A DNA stretch of 64,000 nt from Escherichia phage JS10, in the sequence record EU863409; one strand, written 5' to 3'. This document shows, in pieces, positions 1-8,837 of the stretch; the first letter of the stretch is position 1; each line of letters begins with the position of its first letter. Under the pieces are notes generated by a model. That model saw only the letters and a program-made list of their open reading frames with translations, was not told the DNA's origin and searched no databases. The translations under genes and the position numbers were made by a program.

Positions 1-399
1 CAAGACGAATTGGCTTATGGTGTATTAAAGAATGGTCTGCCTCTTTATGCCGATATGAATAGTCCATGTGATTATGTTATTGTTGGTGTAAATGCTCAGA
101 TGGGTGAAGGACAGACGGTCGCATCTTTATATTATGCGCCTTATACGGAAGGTTTGGATGTGGTTGATGAAGAAGGTGATACTTCAGTAGGTGAATTTAA
201 GGTTATTGTTGACCCAGAAAGCTTACAACCTACAGTAGCATTGCTTGCTCGTTATGCATTGACTGCAAACCCTTATACCGTCGCTAAGGACGATAAAGAA
301 GCCCGCATTATTGATGGCTCTGATATGGACAAAATGGCTAACCAAAGCCAGTTGAGTTCTTATCTTGGTGTAAAACTTCCTCCATTGGATAAAAACTAA
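1..399 (+). CDS. 24: gp23/gp24-family capsid protein, C-terminal part (5' end outside window); gp24 (head vertex) by synteny
   Basis: Open frame runs from the window edge to the stop at 397-399; lies immediately upstream of rnlB as gene 24 does in T4; followed by a hairpin terminator. Confidence 0.5.
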   Translation, partial: QDELAYGVLKNGLPLYADMNSPCDYVIVGVNAQMGEGQTVASLYYAPYTEGLDVVDEEGDTSVGEFKVIVDPESLQPTVALLARYALTANPYTVAKDDKEARIIDGSDMDKMANQSQLSSYLGVKLPPLDKN

Positions 400-432
400 A
401 AAGGGACCTCACGGTCCCTTTACTGTTTATTT
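395..432. terminator. Bidirectional rho-independent terminator between convergent gene 24 and rnlB
   Basis: Hairpin agggacc-tcac-ggtccct (about 402-419) with an A-run upstream and a T-rich run downstream. Confidence 0.6.
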
Positions 433-1455
433 GGATACTAGTTCAATCCATACAGCTCGTAGCGTATCTTTAACGCACTCAACGAGCTGCTTTTTAACTT
501 CAACAGGGTTTTCTGCATCGGTTAATTCTAATTCTTCACGGGCTGCCTCTTCCAAAATATCTTGGACCGTCAAGCCCATTACCTTTCCAAAATCTTTAGG
601 TGTTACTTCACCAATCTTACTGATAACGTTATTGATACGGTTAACTGTCACATAATCTGTGAATTGCCACATCAAGTCCATATCGTCTTGGGACAATACT
701 ACTGCAGCCTTAATAGGCTTATCAGATTTTTTCTTCTCGCTGAATTTAGAGTTCTTACATTTAATCGCTACACGATTTCCATTAGGAAGCCAGATTGGAA
801 CATCAGGTTTCAGTACAAAGCCTTCAGCCGTAAATACTTTACCTTCGACCTTAGGAATAAAATCGGTTGAGTTAGCAATGGTTAAACCTGCATTATCCAC
901 TGCAAAATTGTAATCTGGGATAACAGAATCAAAATCATTCGGCAGTTTAATAAGGTCTTCAAAGCTACCTGTGGCTAAGCACGGAGCAACCTTAAACTTA
1001 TGGATAATACAGAAAGCTTCCATAAGGGTATCAGTTAAAACGGATTCGGTGCCATCTTCTTTAGTAACACGGATATCAAATACATAAAAGTCTTTATCGC
1101 CGTAATCCACATTCTTCTGGATACCCGTACCAGCGAACTCGCCATAAATTTGGTACGACTGATAATTAATAGATTCGATTAGATGTTGAACAGATTTAAT
1201 AGAATCAGCATAGTTCTTAAGTACAATTTCATAGCCATAGAAATCTTCGGCCGGGAGAATTGGGCCAGTGCGCTTGGCGCACGTGACTGCGTCACGTTCT
1301 ATGATTAAACTAAAGTTGGTTCCATGAATCTTCTCACGTGCTACCCATTCACCACCAGTCAAACCATGGGTACGGAGTTTTTCGATAAACTTACTGTTGT
1401 AATGGTTTTCCAGACTGCTATATTTCTTGAACATATTATTTGCTTCCATAATCAA
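427..1455 (-). CDS. rnlB: RNA ligase 2 (Rnl2)
   Basis: 342 aa; N-terminus [16 protein letters not shown]...[15 protein letters not shown] matches T4 Rnl2 as I recall it, including the KxHGxN nucleotidyltransferase motif. Confidence 0.9.
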   Translation of the reverse strand: MIMEANNMFKKYSSLENHYNSKFIEKLRTHGLTGGEWVAREKIHGTNFSLIIERDAVTCAKRTGPILPAEDFYGYEIVLKNYADSIKSVQHLIESINYQSYQIYGEFAGTGIQKNVDYGDKDFYVFDIRVTKEDGTESVLTDTLMEAFCIIHKFKVAPCLATGSFEDLIKLPNDFDSVIPDYNFAVDNAGLTIANSTDFIPKVEGKVFTAEGFVLKPDVPIWLPNGNRVAIKCKNSKFSEKKKSDKPIKAAVVLSQDDMDLMWQFTDYVTVNRINNVISKIGEVTPKDFGKVMGLTVQDILEEAAREELELTDAENPVEVKKQLVECVKDTLRAVWIELVSK

Positions 1456-1804
1456 TTTTAACTAATTTACCTTTAAGGTAACCATAATTTGAAGGTTTAC
1501 AATCAGACATATACATGCTTTCTACCAGAGTGTGGTGCCTAGCATGGTGTATTTCTGTTTTCCACAACCCTATATTAGTAACTTCTTTGGCCCTTGGCAT
1601 AACTATAACAAGTCCTAACCAAGATTTCCATATAACAGGACACAAATACGGGTCCTTCAATGATGAGAATTCATGTTCTGTTATATTGCAATAGAGTCCA
1701 GTTAAAAACAGTTTCCAACTATAGAAGCTTGGTATCTTAATGGCGTATCGTTTCGTCAGGAAGACCTGCCGGGTTGCACCATTTCTTTTTCTGATAAATG
1801 GCAT
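1436..1804 (-). CDS. hypothetical protein (24.2-position)
   Basis: 122 aa ORF with ATG start, co-oriented with rnlB, in the T4 24.2 position. Confidence 0.45.
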   Translation of the reverse strand: MPFIRKRNGATRQVFLTKRYAIKIPSFYSWKLFLTGLYCNITEHEFSSLKDPYLCPVIWKSWLGLVIVMPRAKEVTNIGLWKTEIHHARHHTLVESMYMSDCKPSNYGYLKGKLVKIDYGSK

Positions 1805-1919
1805 AAAACCACCATAATAAATATAATTAAATAGAAGAGCTAGTAATCTTCTGTCACCAAGCCAAATGGTTTAACGGAAGGACCTAGACCCATTATAACA
1901 CACCTAAATTTAAAGCATA

Positions 1920-2168
1920 TTACTTTGAACTAGAACGCGCTTTGCGCCGAACCTTGTTGTTCAATCTTTTACGATAAACAACCTTTTCTTTTGATTTAAA
2001 TTTCTCTTTGGCTTGTTCTACATCGACCCAAGCTTTAGCCATGTCCTTAGCAGTACCACCTAATTTTTTAGCAATTTCTATAAAATTTAGTCCAGATTCG
2101 TGTAAAAAATGTACTTTAACCTTATCCATAACAATTCTCTTGTTGAGTTGGTAAAGCCATCTTAACAT
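1920..2168 (-). CDS. small basic protein, possibly DNA-binding (24.3-position); alternative start at internal Met near 2129
   Basis: 82 aa ORF; Lys/Arg-rich C-terminus; segment LNFIEIAKKLGGTAKDMAKAW resembles a helix-turn-helix. Confidence 0.4.
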   Translation of the reverse strand: MLRWLYQLNKRIVMDKVKVHFLHESGLNFIEIAKKLGGTAKDMAKAWVDVEQAKEKFKSKEKVVYRKRLNNKVRRKARSSSK

Positions 2169-2199
2169 AGGATTTTTAACTTGTAAACAGGAGTATTAA

Positions 2200-3207
2200 A
2201 TGGCAGATTCTATTTTTGGTCATGACGGTCGAGGGACCTTTTCCGGTATTGCTTTAAAGGAATCGGATACTGTTATCCCTTTTGAAAAAATTCTTACTAA
2301 AGAAAGTCTTATAAACCCGGCAAGATTGGTAGGGAGTAATTCGTATGGCTTAGGCTTGGTTAGTAAATCCGGAAGAGCTGAAGTTCTGGCCCATTTGGGG
2401 ATAACCGAAGAAATGTTATCCCCTGGTATCCCTGGCCCTAAAGGTGAAAGCATTGTAGGACCGAGAGGCCCGGCTGGTCCTGTAGGCCCTGTGGGTCTAA
2501 ATTGGAAAGGAACATGGAGTGCTGCAACAGCCTATGTTAAGGATGATGCAGTAGGGTACAATGGGGCTTCTTATTTTTGCGTTCAGGATTCTACCGGTAA
2601 TAATCCTGCTGAAGAAAACAGCCTTTACTGGGCCTTATTGGCTTCTCAGGGTGCACAAGGCGAACAGGGTATCCCGGGTAAAGATGGTGAGCAGGGTCCG
2701 CAAGGTGTTCAAGGTCCTCCTGGGGTGGATGGGATTGATGGACTTGACGGAGCTACTGGCCCTCTAGGTCCTCAGGGTCCTCAAGGCGAACCTGGTAAAG
2801 ATGGCACAGATTTGTTTTCATTCCATAAGTATACCAACGTTGCTGCTGGGTACGGTGAAATAAAAATACCTGGGGTCGCCAATACGGTTCTTAGAGTTAG
2901 ATTGGTTAACAACCAAATAGAATACAGCATTTTAAGTAAAGGTGGGACTACCCGATATTGTGATTATCACTTTGTTGCTCCTAGTGTTTCGGGTGGAACG
3001 GTTACTACCGGTGGCGGAACTAAGACTTTGTCTCCTACAGGCTCATTTGTTATAGTAAGTGCGGCATATAACGGGCTACGTCCTATTAATATAACCTTAA
3101 AGGAATGGGGTTCTAAAACAATTTCAGAAATAACAGTATTTCAACACGGGCGCAGTGTAGATTCTAATAAACCTATATTGGTTAAAATGGTTAGTTTCCC
3201 TTATTAA
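2200..3207 (+). CDS. collagen-like repeat protein with a CBM5/12-like aromatic motif
   Basis: 335 aa; AGGAG RBS before the ATG; Gly-X-Y tracts (GIPGPKGESIVGPRGPAGPVGPVG; GAQGEQGIPGKDGEQGPQGVQGPPGVDGIDGLDGATGPLGPQGPQGEPGKDG); motif TWSAATAYVKDDAVGYNGASYFC...P...LYWALL resembles chitin-binding type 3 domains. Confidence 0.8.
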   Translation: MADSIFGHDGRGTFSGIALKESDTVIPFEKILTKESLINPARLVGSNSYGLGLVSKSGRAEVLAHLGITEEMLSPGIPGPKGESIVGPRGPAGPVGPVGLNWKGTWSAATAYVKDDAVGYNGASYFCVQDSTGNNPAEENSLYWALLASQGAQGEQGIPGKDGEQGPQGVQGPPGVDGIDGLDGATGPLGPQGPQGEPGKDGTDLFSFHKYTNVAAGYGEIKIPGVANTVLRVRLVNNQIEYSILSKGGTTRYCDYHFVAPSVSGGTVTTGGGTKTLSPTGSFVIVSAAYNGLRPINITLKEWGSKTISEITVFQHGRSVDSNKPILVKMVSFPY

Positions 3208-3218
3208 TTGGAGGTAGC

Positions 3219-4079
3219 ATGTCTATACAAGTAAATGGACCTCATTATGAATTGGTTGGGAGAACGGTAACTCTTAGGGCTGTTTTATCTGAATCTTTAA
3301 CTGACGCTGATATAAAATGGTACAAAAACGGTGTAAACGTTCCATTATTAGATAAAGAAGACCCGATGTATCTAAATCTTTGGGATGTAGGGTTTCCGGC
3401 TTCTGGGACCTATTATGCAATAGCAACCGATAAACTTACACAAGAGGTTTTTCAAAGCGACGATTTTGTTTTAGAAATAGGAATGGAGCCTAGAGATATA
3501 GTTATTTCCGTAGAAAATTTAGATGCTATCGTAAAGGCGGCCATAGGTCAAAAAGTTTCTTTACAACCTTTAATTTCTATGGGTGCCACGCCCTGGGCTG
3601 AAGTCGAGTGTGAATGGTGGAAATACGATAAAATGGTTTCAAATGTAAAGGATTTGGACGTTGATATAAATCCTTCTATGTACGGGACATATTCACTTAA
3701 TGTTTCTGCTACCGCTGAAGGAGCCTATAATCCGTATCATGATATAGTTACGGTAGATATCATGCCTTTAGATGGTATTTTACCAGAACCTGAAGTGTGT
3801 CCTTTTATATACTCGAATGATTTAAATCAATATTTGTCTTATCCTGGTGGAAGAAATAGGGCTCATATGTGGATAGGTTGGTGGGTATTGGATGAGATAA
3901 AAGGAGCCCTTGCTAAAGACCAGGATTGGGCTATCAATATAGAAGATAGCAATTTTAGGTATAAGTGTGAGCTCATGAAAGTGGCAGAACTTTTGTCACG
4001 ATATCCTGATGTAGAAATACAGGAATCAAGAAATGGATACATTTTGAATAGGAAGCACCTGACATTAAATGTCATATAA
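3219..4079 (+). CDS. Hoc-like protein: Ig-like N-terminal region plus Hoc-type C-terminal capsid-binding region
   Basis: 286 aa; GGAGG RBS; Ig-like segment IKWYKNGVNV...SGTYY; C-terminus WIGWWVLDEI...DW...EDSNFRY...YPDVEIQESRNG parallels the canonical Hoc C-terminus at 4124-5533. Confidence 0.8.
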   Translation: MSIQVNGPHYELVGRTVTLRAVLSESLTDADIKWYKNGVNVPLLDKEDPMYLNLWDVGFPASGTYYAIATDKLTQEVFQSDDFVLEIGMEPRDIVISVENLDAIVKAAIGQKVSLQPLISMGATPWAEVECEWWKYDKMVSNVKDLDVDINPSMYGTYSLNVSATAEGAYNPYHDIVTVDIMPLDGILPEPEVCPFIYSNDLNQYLSYPGGRNRAHMWIGWWVLDEIKGALAKDQDWAINIEDSNFRYKCELMKVAELLSRYPDVEIQESRNGYILNRKHLTLNVI

Positions 4080-4080
4080 C

Positions 4081-4112
4081 AAAACGGGAGAGCGAAAGCT
4101 CTCCCGTTTTTA
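4081..4112. terminator. Bidirectional rho-independent terminator between the Hoc-like gene and hoc
   Basis: Hairpin cgggagagc-gaaa-gctctcccg flanked by an A-run and a T-run. Confidence 0.65.
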
Positions 4113-4123
4113 TTTAGCCAAAA

Positions 4124-5533
4124 TTAGTAAAAATAAATTATACCTGTGTCAAGAGCCGAACGATGGATAATTCTTCCATTTCGTGATTCTTGTACATCAA
4201 CCTCTGGATAATCCGCAACCATTTTTTGAAGAGTGTAGCGATGGAGATAATAATTGCTATCTGGGTCATCAGTTTTCCAATCTTTACCTTCAAGTGTCAT
4301 TTTCTGGATTTCATCCATAACCCACCAACCGGCCCAAATATACGCTGAATTACGAACCGGCAGCGGATGGACGTAAGGTAGTTCGCCTTCCGGTTCAGGA
4401 GCAACTTTAGGCGTAATTGTTACATTACCAGATTTTTTGACAGTCACAGGATTATAGTCGGTAGCCGAAACCACAACAGAAACTTCAATAACCTGTGAAC
4501 CTTCAGCACTTGTATCGACTACTAAAGTATCTGTGGTGCCGGCAACAGGTGAACCATCTTTCTTCCAAGAATATGCAAAAGTAGCACCAGCAGGCGCACC
4601 TGCTACGGTAGCTTTAAAAGAAGCTGGAGTTCCTTCCGGAGTATTAATAGAGGCCGGCGCTAAAGTAACAGAAACACCTGTCATGGTCTTTTTAGTAATT
4701 GTTACACTTCCGGTTTTGGTAACGGTTAAATCGTTATAATCCGTACCTTTTAGGACTACCGAAACTTCAATAGTGTAAGAACCTACTGTAGATGTATCAA
4801 CAGCAAGGGTATTACTGCTTTCGCCCGGAATAATAGAACCATTTTTCTTCCAAGAATAAGTTGCATTTACGCCGGAAGGAGCGCCAACTACATCCGCTTT
4901 AAACTGTGCAGATGAGCCTTTCTCTGTACTAATTGAGGCTGGTGTTAAAGTAACGGAAGCACCTGATATAGTTTTCTTAACAAAAGTTACCGCAATACCT
5001 TTAGTAGCTGTAGCCGGGTCATATTCAGGGGCGGTAACAGTAACTTCACAGTTCAACGTGTAATTTGCTTCTGCTGCTTCAGTTACAGTAATAGTTTTAC
5101 CAGTTTGACCTGAAATTACAGTTGTATTACGTTTCCAAACATAAGCCATTGTAGCGCCAGCAGGGACACCCGATACGTTAGCAGTAACAACTTGGGATTG
5201 ACCGATTTCTTTAGAAACGGAAGTAGGGTCTAAGGTCAAAGAAAGAGCCCCAATGGTCTTATTAGCTACAGTAACTTCAAAAGTTTTTTCAGCTACCTCA
5301 GGTTCGCCTTCGGTCGGAGTAGAAGTTGCTACTACTTTTAAAACTTTCTTACCAGCTGGAGCCGCACCGGTATATCTCAAAACATTGGTGGCCTCTGGAT
5401 TAGAAGCACCGTCAATGGTCCATACATATGTAACGGTTCCTTCTACAGCTGCACCTGTTGCGGTAGCAGTGTAGTTGGCGCTTTCGCCTATTTTAATAGA
5501 CGCAGCGCCGGCTATACTTACAGTAAAAGCCAT
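4124..5533 (-). CDS. hoc: Hoc, highly immunogenic outer capsid protein (Ig-like repeats plus capsid-binding C-terminus)
   Basis: 469 aa; several Ig-like repeats (AT[FY][AS]WKK[ND]GS...), C-terminal WAGWWVMDEI...YPEVDVQESRNG; position as in T4. Confidence 0.85.
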   Translation of the reverse strand: MAFTVSIAGAASIKIGESANYTATATGAAVEGTVTYVWTIDGASNPEATNVLRYTGAAPAGKKVLKVVATSTPTEGEPEVAEKTFEVTVANKTIGALSLTLDPTSVSKEIGQSQVVTANVSGVPAGATMAYVWKRNTTVISGQTGKTITVTEAAEANYTLNCEVTVTAPEYDPATATKGIAVTFVKKTISGASVTLTPASISTEKGSSAQFKADVVGAPSGVNATYSWKKNGSIIPGESSNTLAVDTSTVGSYTIEVSVVLKGTDYNDLTVTKTGSVTITKKTMTGVSVTLAPASINTPEGTPASFKATVAGAPAGATFAYSWKKDGSPVAGTTDTLVVDTSAEGSQVIEVSVVVSATDYNPVTVKKSGNVTITPKVAPEPEGELPYVHPLPVRNSAYIWAGWWVMDEIQKMTLEGKDWKTDDPDSNYYLHRYTLQKMVADYPEVDVQESRNGRIIHRSALDTGIIYFY

Positions 5534-5542
5534 ATTTTACCC

Positions 5543-6214
5543 TTATTTTAAAGTTACGAAAGATGAATTACGCGTTTCACGTACTAATACTGAACCATTA
5601 CGATTAATGTAATAAATCAGACTGAATAGTGTTTGGTGGGCAGATGGGTGTTGGAAATCTTTAGGGCGTTCTTTCCAATCAGGGGTTTCGGTAATCCATT
5701 GATAAATCCACCAAGGCACGGTACAATACCCTGGGTTTTTACCAATGAGTAAAAGATTAGGGCTAAAGTTTTCAGGCAAAGAGAATACAGGTTTTTCCGA
5801 TTCAATAACCTTGGTTACGGCCTCTTTGAATTTCTCTTCGACAAACGGAACATCTTCTTCAATAATCTCTACCTTAGGAAGTTCGGCTACCTCAATAACT
5901 TCAACTACTGCTTCAGGGGCATCAAATAATAGGGTAGCTTCTTCTTTGGCAGGTTCCGCACCATCAACAAATTCGTTAGCGCCTGTGAGTTCGTCGGCGG
6001 CATCAATCAAATCAGAAATAGACAAACCTTCGGTTTCTGGAAGTGGTTCATCAGCCAAGGCTTTAAGGCCTTCAGAGATATCGATAATCAAATTATCAAA
6101 CGAACGGGTTTTCTTAAGTTTTAAACCGAATTGTTCGCCGTATTCGATTAACTTAGCTTTAGCTTCTTTTTTATCTTCGAGTGCACGAAGCTCTTCAATA
6201 TATTGAGTATCCAT
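5543..6214 (-). CDS. inh: Inh-like protein (inhibitor of prohead protease), by synteny
   Basis: 223 aa acidic protein between hoc and uvsW; size and position match T4 inh. Confidence 0.55.
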   Translation of the reverse strand: MDTQYIEELRALEDKKEAKAKLIEYGEQFGLKLKKTRSFDNLIIDISEGLKALADEPLPETEGLSISDLIDAADELTGANEFVDGAEPAKEEATLLFDAPEAVVEVIEVAELPKVEIIEEDVPFVEEKFKEAVTKVIESEKPVFSLPENFSPNLLLIGKNPGYCTVPWWIYQWITETPDWKERPKDFQHPSAHQTLFSLIYYINRNGSVLVRETRNSSFVTLK

Positions 6215-6233
6215 AATTAGTCTCTTGTTGGTG

Positions 6234-6241
6234 TATAAATA
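6234..6241 (+). promoter_or_regulatory. T4-type late promoter TATAAATA upstream of uvsW
   Basis: Exact TATAAATA about 30 nt upstream of the uvsW ATG. Confidence 0.5.
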
Positions 6242-6247
6242 TAATTA

Positions 6248-6255
6248 TATTTATA
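6248..6255 (-). promoter_or_regulatory. T4-type late promoter TATAAATA (- strand) upstream of inh-hoc
   Basis: Forward tatttata is TATAAATA on the - strand, about 35 nt upstream of the inh start. Confidence 0.45.
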
Positions 6256-6269
6256 ACTGAGAATTAGAC

Positions 6270-7766
6270 ATGCAAATTCAAGTACATTTTGATAATTTTA
6301 GTCATGTTCGTGTCGAGTGTGATGAATCCACCTTCTACGAACTCAGAGACTATTTCAGCTTTGAAGCTGATGGATATAAATTTAACCCTAAATACCGTTA
6401 CGGGCAATGGGATGGGAGAATTCGTCTTCTAGATTATAACCGTAAACTTCCATATGGTCTAGTCCCACAAATTAAAAAATTCGCTGACCAGTTTGAATAC
6501 TCTCTGTGGATTGACCCACGTATTCTTGAACAGGAAGATATTTCTCGCGAAGATTTTGACTCATGGGTAGCTTCACAAGAGATTTATTCAGGTTCTACCA
6601 AGATTGAGCCGCATTGGTATCAGAATGAAGCCGTATACAACGGTCTGACGAAACGTCGTGCAATTCTGAATTTACCTACATCTGCAGGTAAATCATTGAT
6701 TCAGGCGCTCCTGAGTAGATATTATGTTGAGAACTATGAAGGTAAAATTCTTATCTTAGTTCCTACTACTGCACTTGTTGACCAGATGATTAATGACTTC
6801 ATTGATTATCGTTTGTTCCCTAAAGCTGCTATGCTTGGTATTCGTTCAGGTACTGCTCGTGATTCCGATGCAATGATTTATGTTTCAACTTATCAAACGG
6901 CTATTAAACAACCTAAAGAATGGTTTGCTCAGTTTGGTATGTTTATGAACGACGAATGCCATTTGGCGACAGGTAAATCAATTTCTACCATCATCGAAGG
7001 CCTAACCAATTGTATGTTTAAATTCGGTTTGTCTGGTTCTTTAAAAGACGGTAAAGCCAATTTAATGCAATATATGGGTTTGTTTGGTGATGTGTTTAAG
7101 CCAGTATCCACTTCGCAGTTAATGGAAGAAGGACAGGTTACAGACCTTAAAATCAACAGTATTTTCCTTCGTTATCCGGATGAATTCACTGTTAAGATGA
7201 AAGGTAAAGATTACCAATCAGAAATAAAGGTCATTACTAAGGCTACTCGTCGTAATAAATGGGTTGCTAATTTAGCTGTTAAACTCGCTAAGAAAGAAGA
7301 GAACGTATTCCTGATGTTTAAAAACATCGAACACGGTAAAACTCTTTTTGAAATGGTTAAAGAGCAACATAAAGAAGTTTATTACGTATCAGGTGAAGTT
7401 AATACCGAAACGCGTAATGCTCTGAAAGTAATGGCGGAAAATGGTAAGGGTATTATTGTTGTGGCAAGTTATGGTGTGTTCTCTACTGGTATTTCCGTTA
7501 AGAACCTTCATCATGTTGTATTTGCTCATCCGGTAAAATCCAAAATCATTGTACTCCAGACAATCGGTCGTGTACTCCGTAAACATGCTTCTAAATCAAC
7601 AGCACAAGTTTGGGACATTATAGACGACATGGGCGTTAAGCCTAAATCAGCAAATGCTAAAAAGAAATATGTTCATTTGAATTATGCATTAAAACATGCC
7701 TTAGAACGTATTCAACGTTATGCTGACGAGAAATTTAATTACGTAATGAAACAGGTGGATTTATGA
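6270..7766 (+). CDS. uvsW: UvsW DNA/RNA helicase (SF2)
   Basis: 498 aa; N-terminus VHFDNFSHVRVECDESTFYELRDYFSFEADGY and Walker A LPTSAGKS match T4 UvsW as I recall it. Confidence 0.9.
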   Translation: MQIQVHFDNFSHVRVECDESTFYELRDYFSFEADGYKFNPKYRYGQWDGRIRLLDYNRKLPYGLVPQIKKFADQFEYSLWIDPRILEQEDISREDFDSWVASQEIYSGSTKIEPHWYQNEAVYNGLTKRRAILNLPTSAGKSLIQALLSRYYVENYEGKILILVPTTALVDQMINDFIDYRLFPKAAMLGIRSGTARDSDAMIYVSTYQTAIKQPKEWFAQFGMFMNDECHLATGKSISTIIEGLTNCMFKFGLSGSLKDGKANLMQYMGLFGDVFKPVSTSQLMEEGQVTDLKINSIFLRYPDEFTVKMKGKDYQSEIKVITKATRRNKWVANLAVKLAKKEENVFLMFKNIEHGKTLFEMVKEQHKEVYYVSGEVNTETRNALKVMAENGKGIIVVASYGVFSTGISVKNLHHVVFAHPVKSKIIVLQTIGRVLRKHASKSTAQVWDIIDDMGVKPKSANAKKKYVHLNYALKHALERIQRYADEKFNYVMKQVDL

Positions 7767-7990
7767 AGTCCTTTAAAGAAGTTATCTATGAAGCCTCTAT
7801 CGAGAGCTTCATGTCTAAAATTAGTTCTTGTCAGACCATGGAAGGTCTGGAGGAATTAGAGAAGTATTACAAAACTCGTAGTAAGGAAGCCGAACTTCGT
7901 GATTCGGATGATATCAGCGTACGCGATGCATTGGCTGGTAAGAGAGCCGAATTGGAGTCGATGGACGACGAGGAAGAGGAAGATTTCTAA
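7763..7990 (+). CDS. uvsW.1: UvsW.1 small acidic protein
   Basis: 75 aa ORF overlapping the uvsW stop (ATGA), as for T4 uvsW.1. Confidence 0.65.
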   Translation: MKSFKEVIYEASIESFMSKISSCQTMEGLEELEKYYKTRSKEAELRDSDDISVRDALAGKRAELESMDDEEEEDF

Positions 7991-8025
7991 ACAAAAAAGG
8001 CCCAACCTTTCGGAAGGGCCAATAA
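7990..8025. terminator. Hairpin terminator, stronger for the - strand
   Basis: Imperfect hairpin ggccc...gggcc with a T-run on the - strand side. Confidence 0.4.
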
Positions 8026-8050
8026 CCATAAAATGGCTATACACACTAGA

Positions 8051-8218
8051 CTAAAGTAATAATTGTGTTTCGTTCAGCTGTTCTTCAGTGTTTTCCGTAA
8101 CAGGCATGCTTTGAACGTAATTATAACATGAACCCGGATGAACCGGACCTTTTTCTGTTTCAACAACCAATGCAGCATCGATTGGAGTTTTACAGACAAC
8201 GCAAATCTTATCTGACAT
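8051..8218 (-). CDS. small Cys-containing protein (uvsY.-2 position)
   Basis: About 55 aa ORF MSDKICVVCKTPIDAAL... with GGAGA RBS; below the track size cutoff; coordinates from my reading. Confidence 0.35.
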   Translation of the reverse strand: MSDKICVVCKTPIDAALVVETEKGPVHPGSCYNYVQSMPVTENTEEQLNETQLLL

Positions 8219-8246
8219 GATTGTCTCCTTAGTTTAACTTACATAT

Positions 8247-8345
8247 CTATTTATTACTTGCTAAAGCGGCATTAATGAATTCTTGGAGAAGTTTCATCTT
8301 ATCGGCATCTACTTTAATGGGTTTGGTATTTTTAGTACGTCTCAT
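8247..8345 (-). CDS. very small basic ORF (about 32 aa), start overlapping the uvsY stop
   Basis: ATG overlaps the uvsY TAA (TAATG); may not be translated. Confidence 0.2.
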   Translation of the reverse strand: MRRTKNTKPIKVDADKMKLLQEFINAALASNK

Positions 8346-8779
8346 TATTTGCCAGCCTCAAATTGTCTCATTTCATGCATGGTCTTAAGGTTAAAACCTC
8401 GCGCCTTAATAGCATCCAGTGCTGAACTACAAAAGTCCTGTAATAAGGCCCAATACTGGATTGATGTATCTATTTTAATCACGCTAGAATCTGCGGCCAT
8501 TACAGTCTTTAATTCTGACTTCTCGTATTGGTCCATACAAACCTCATCACCAGGCTCTCCACGTCCCGTGTAGAAATCTAATCGCTTCTTAAGTGAGGTC
8601 TTTTTCTGGATTTCTAATCGCATTATCTCTTTCTTACAATTCGTATACAGCCTTAGCCATTTGCTGTGCAGCAAAACATTGTTCTGTACTTCATACTGTA
8701 AACGAGTCCCATCAATCTTTAAATCTTCATCTAATGCATCTTGGAATGATTCCAATTTATATTCAATCTCTTTACTCAT
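8345..8779 (-). CDS. uvsY: UvsY recombination mediator
   Basis: Track ORF 8345-8812; start taken at the internal Met (MSKEIEYKL); ...KLQYEVQNNVLLHSKWL...DTSIQYWALLQDFCSSALDAIKARGF matches T4 UvsY. Confidence 0.85.
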   Translation of the reverse strand: MSKEIEYKLESFQDALDEDLKIDGTRLQYEVQNNVLLHSKWLRLYTNCKKEIMRLEIQKKTSLKKRLDFYTGRGEPGDEVCMDQYEKSELKTVMAADSSVIKIDTSIQYWALLQDFCSSALDAIKARGFNLKTMHEMRQFEAGK

Positions 8780-8837
8780 CGCATGTTTCCTGTGTAATAA
8801 CCATAAGACCATTATACACTATTCATTTGAACAGCAA

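Noticed and set aside
431-913. Three + strand ORFs (431-655, 562-870, 659-913) inside rnlB
   Set aside because: They lie antisense to a well-supported RNA ligase 2 gene and have no independent support.
5745-6206. Ser-rich 153 aa + strand ORF
   Set aside because: Antisense to the inh gene; low-complexity translation typical of a spurious reverse-frame ORF.
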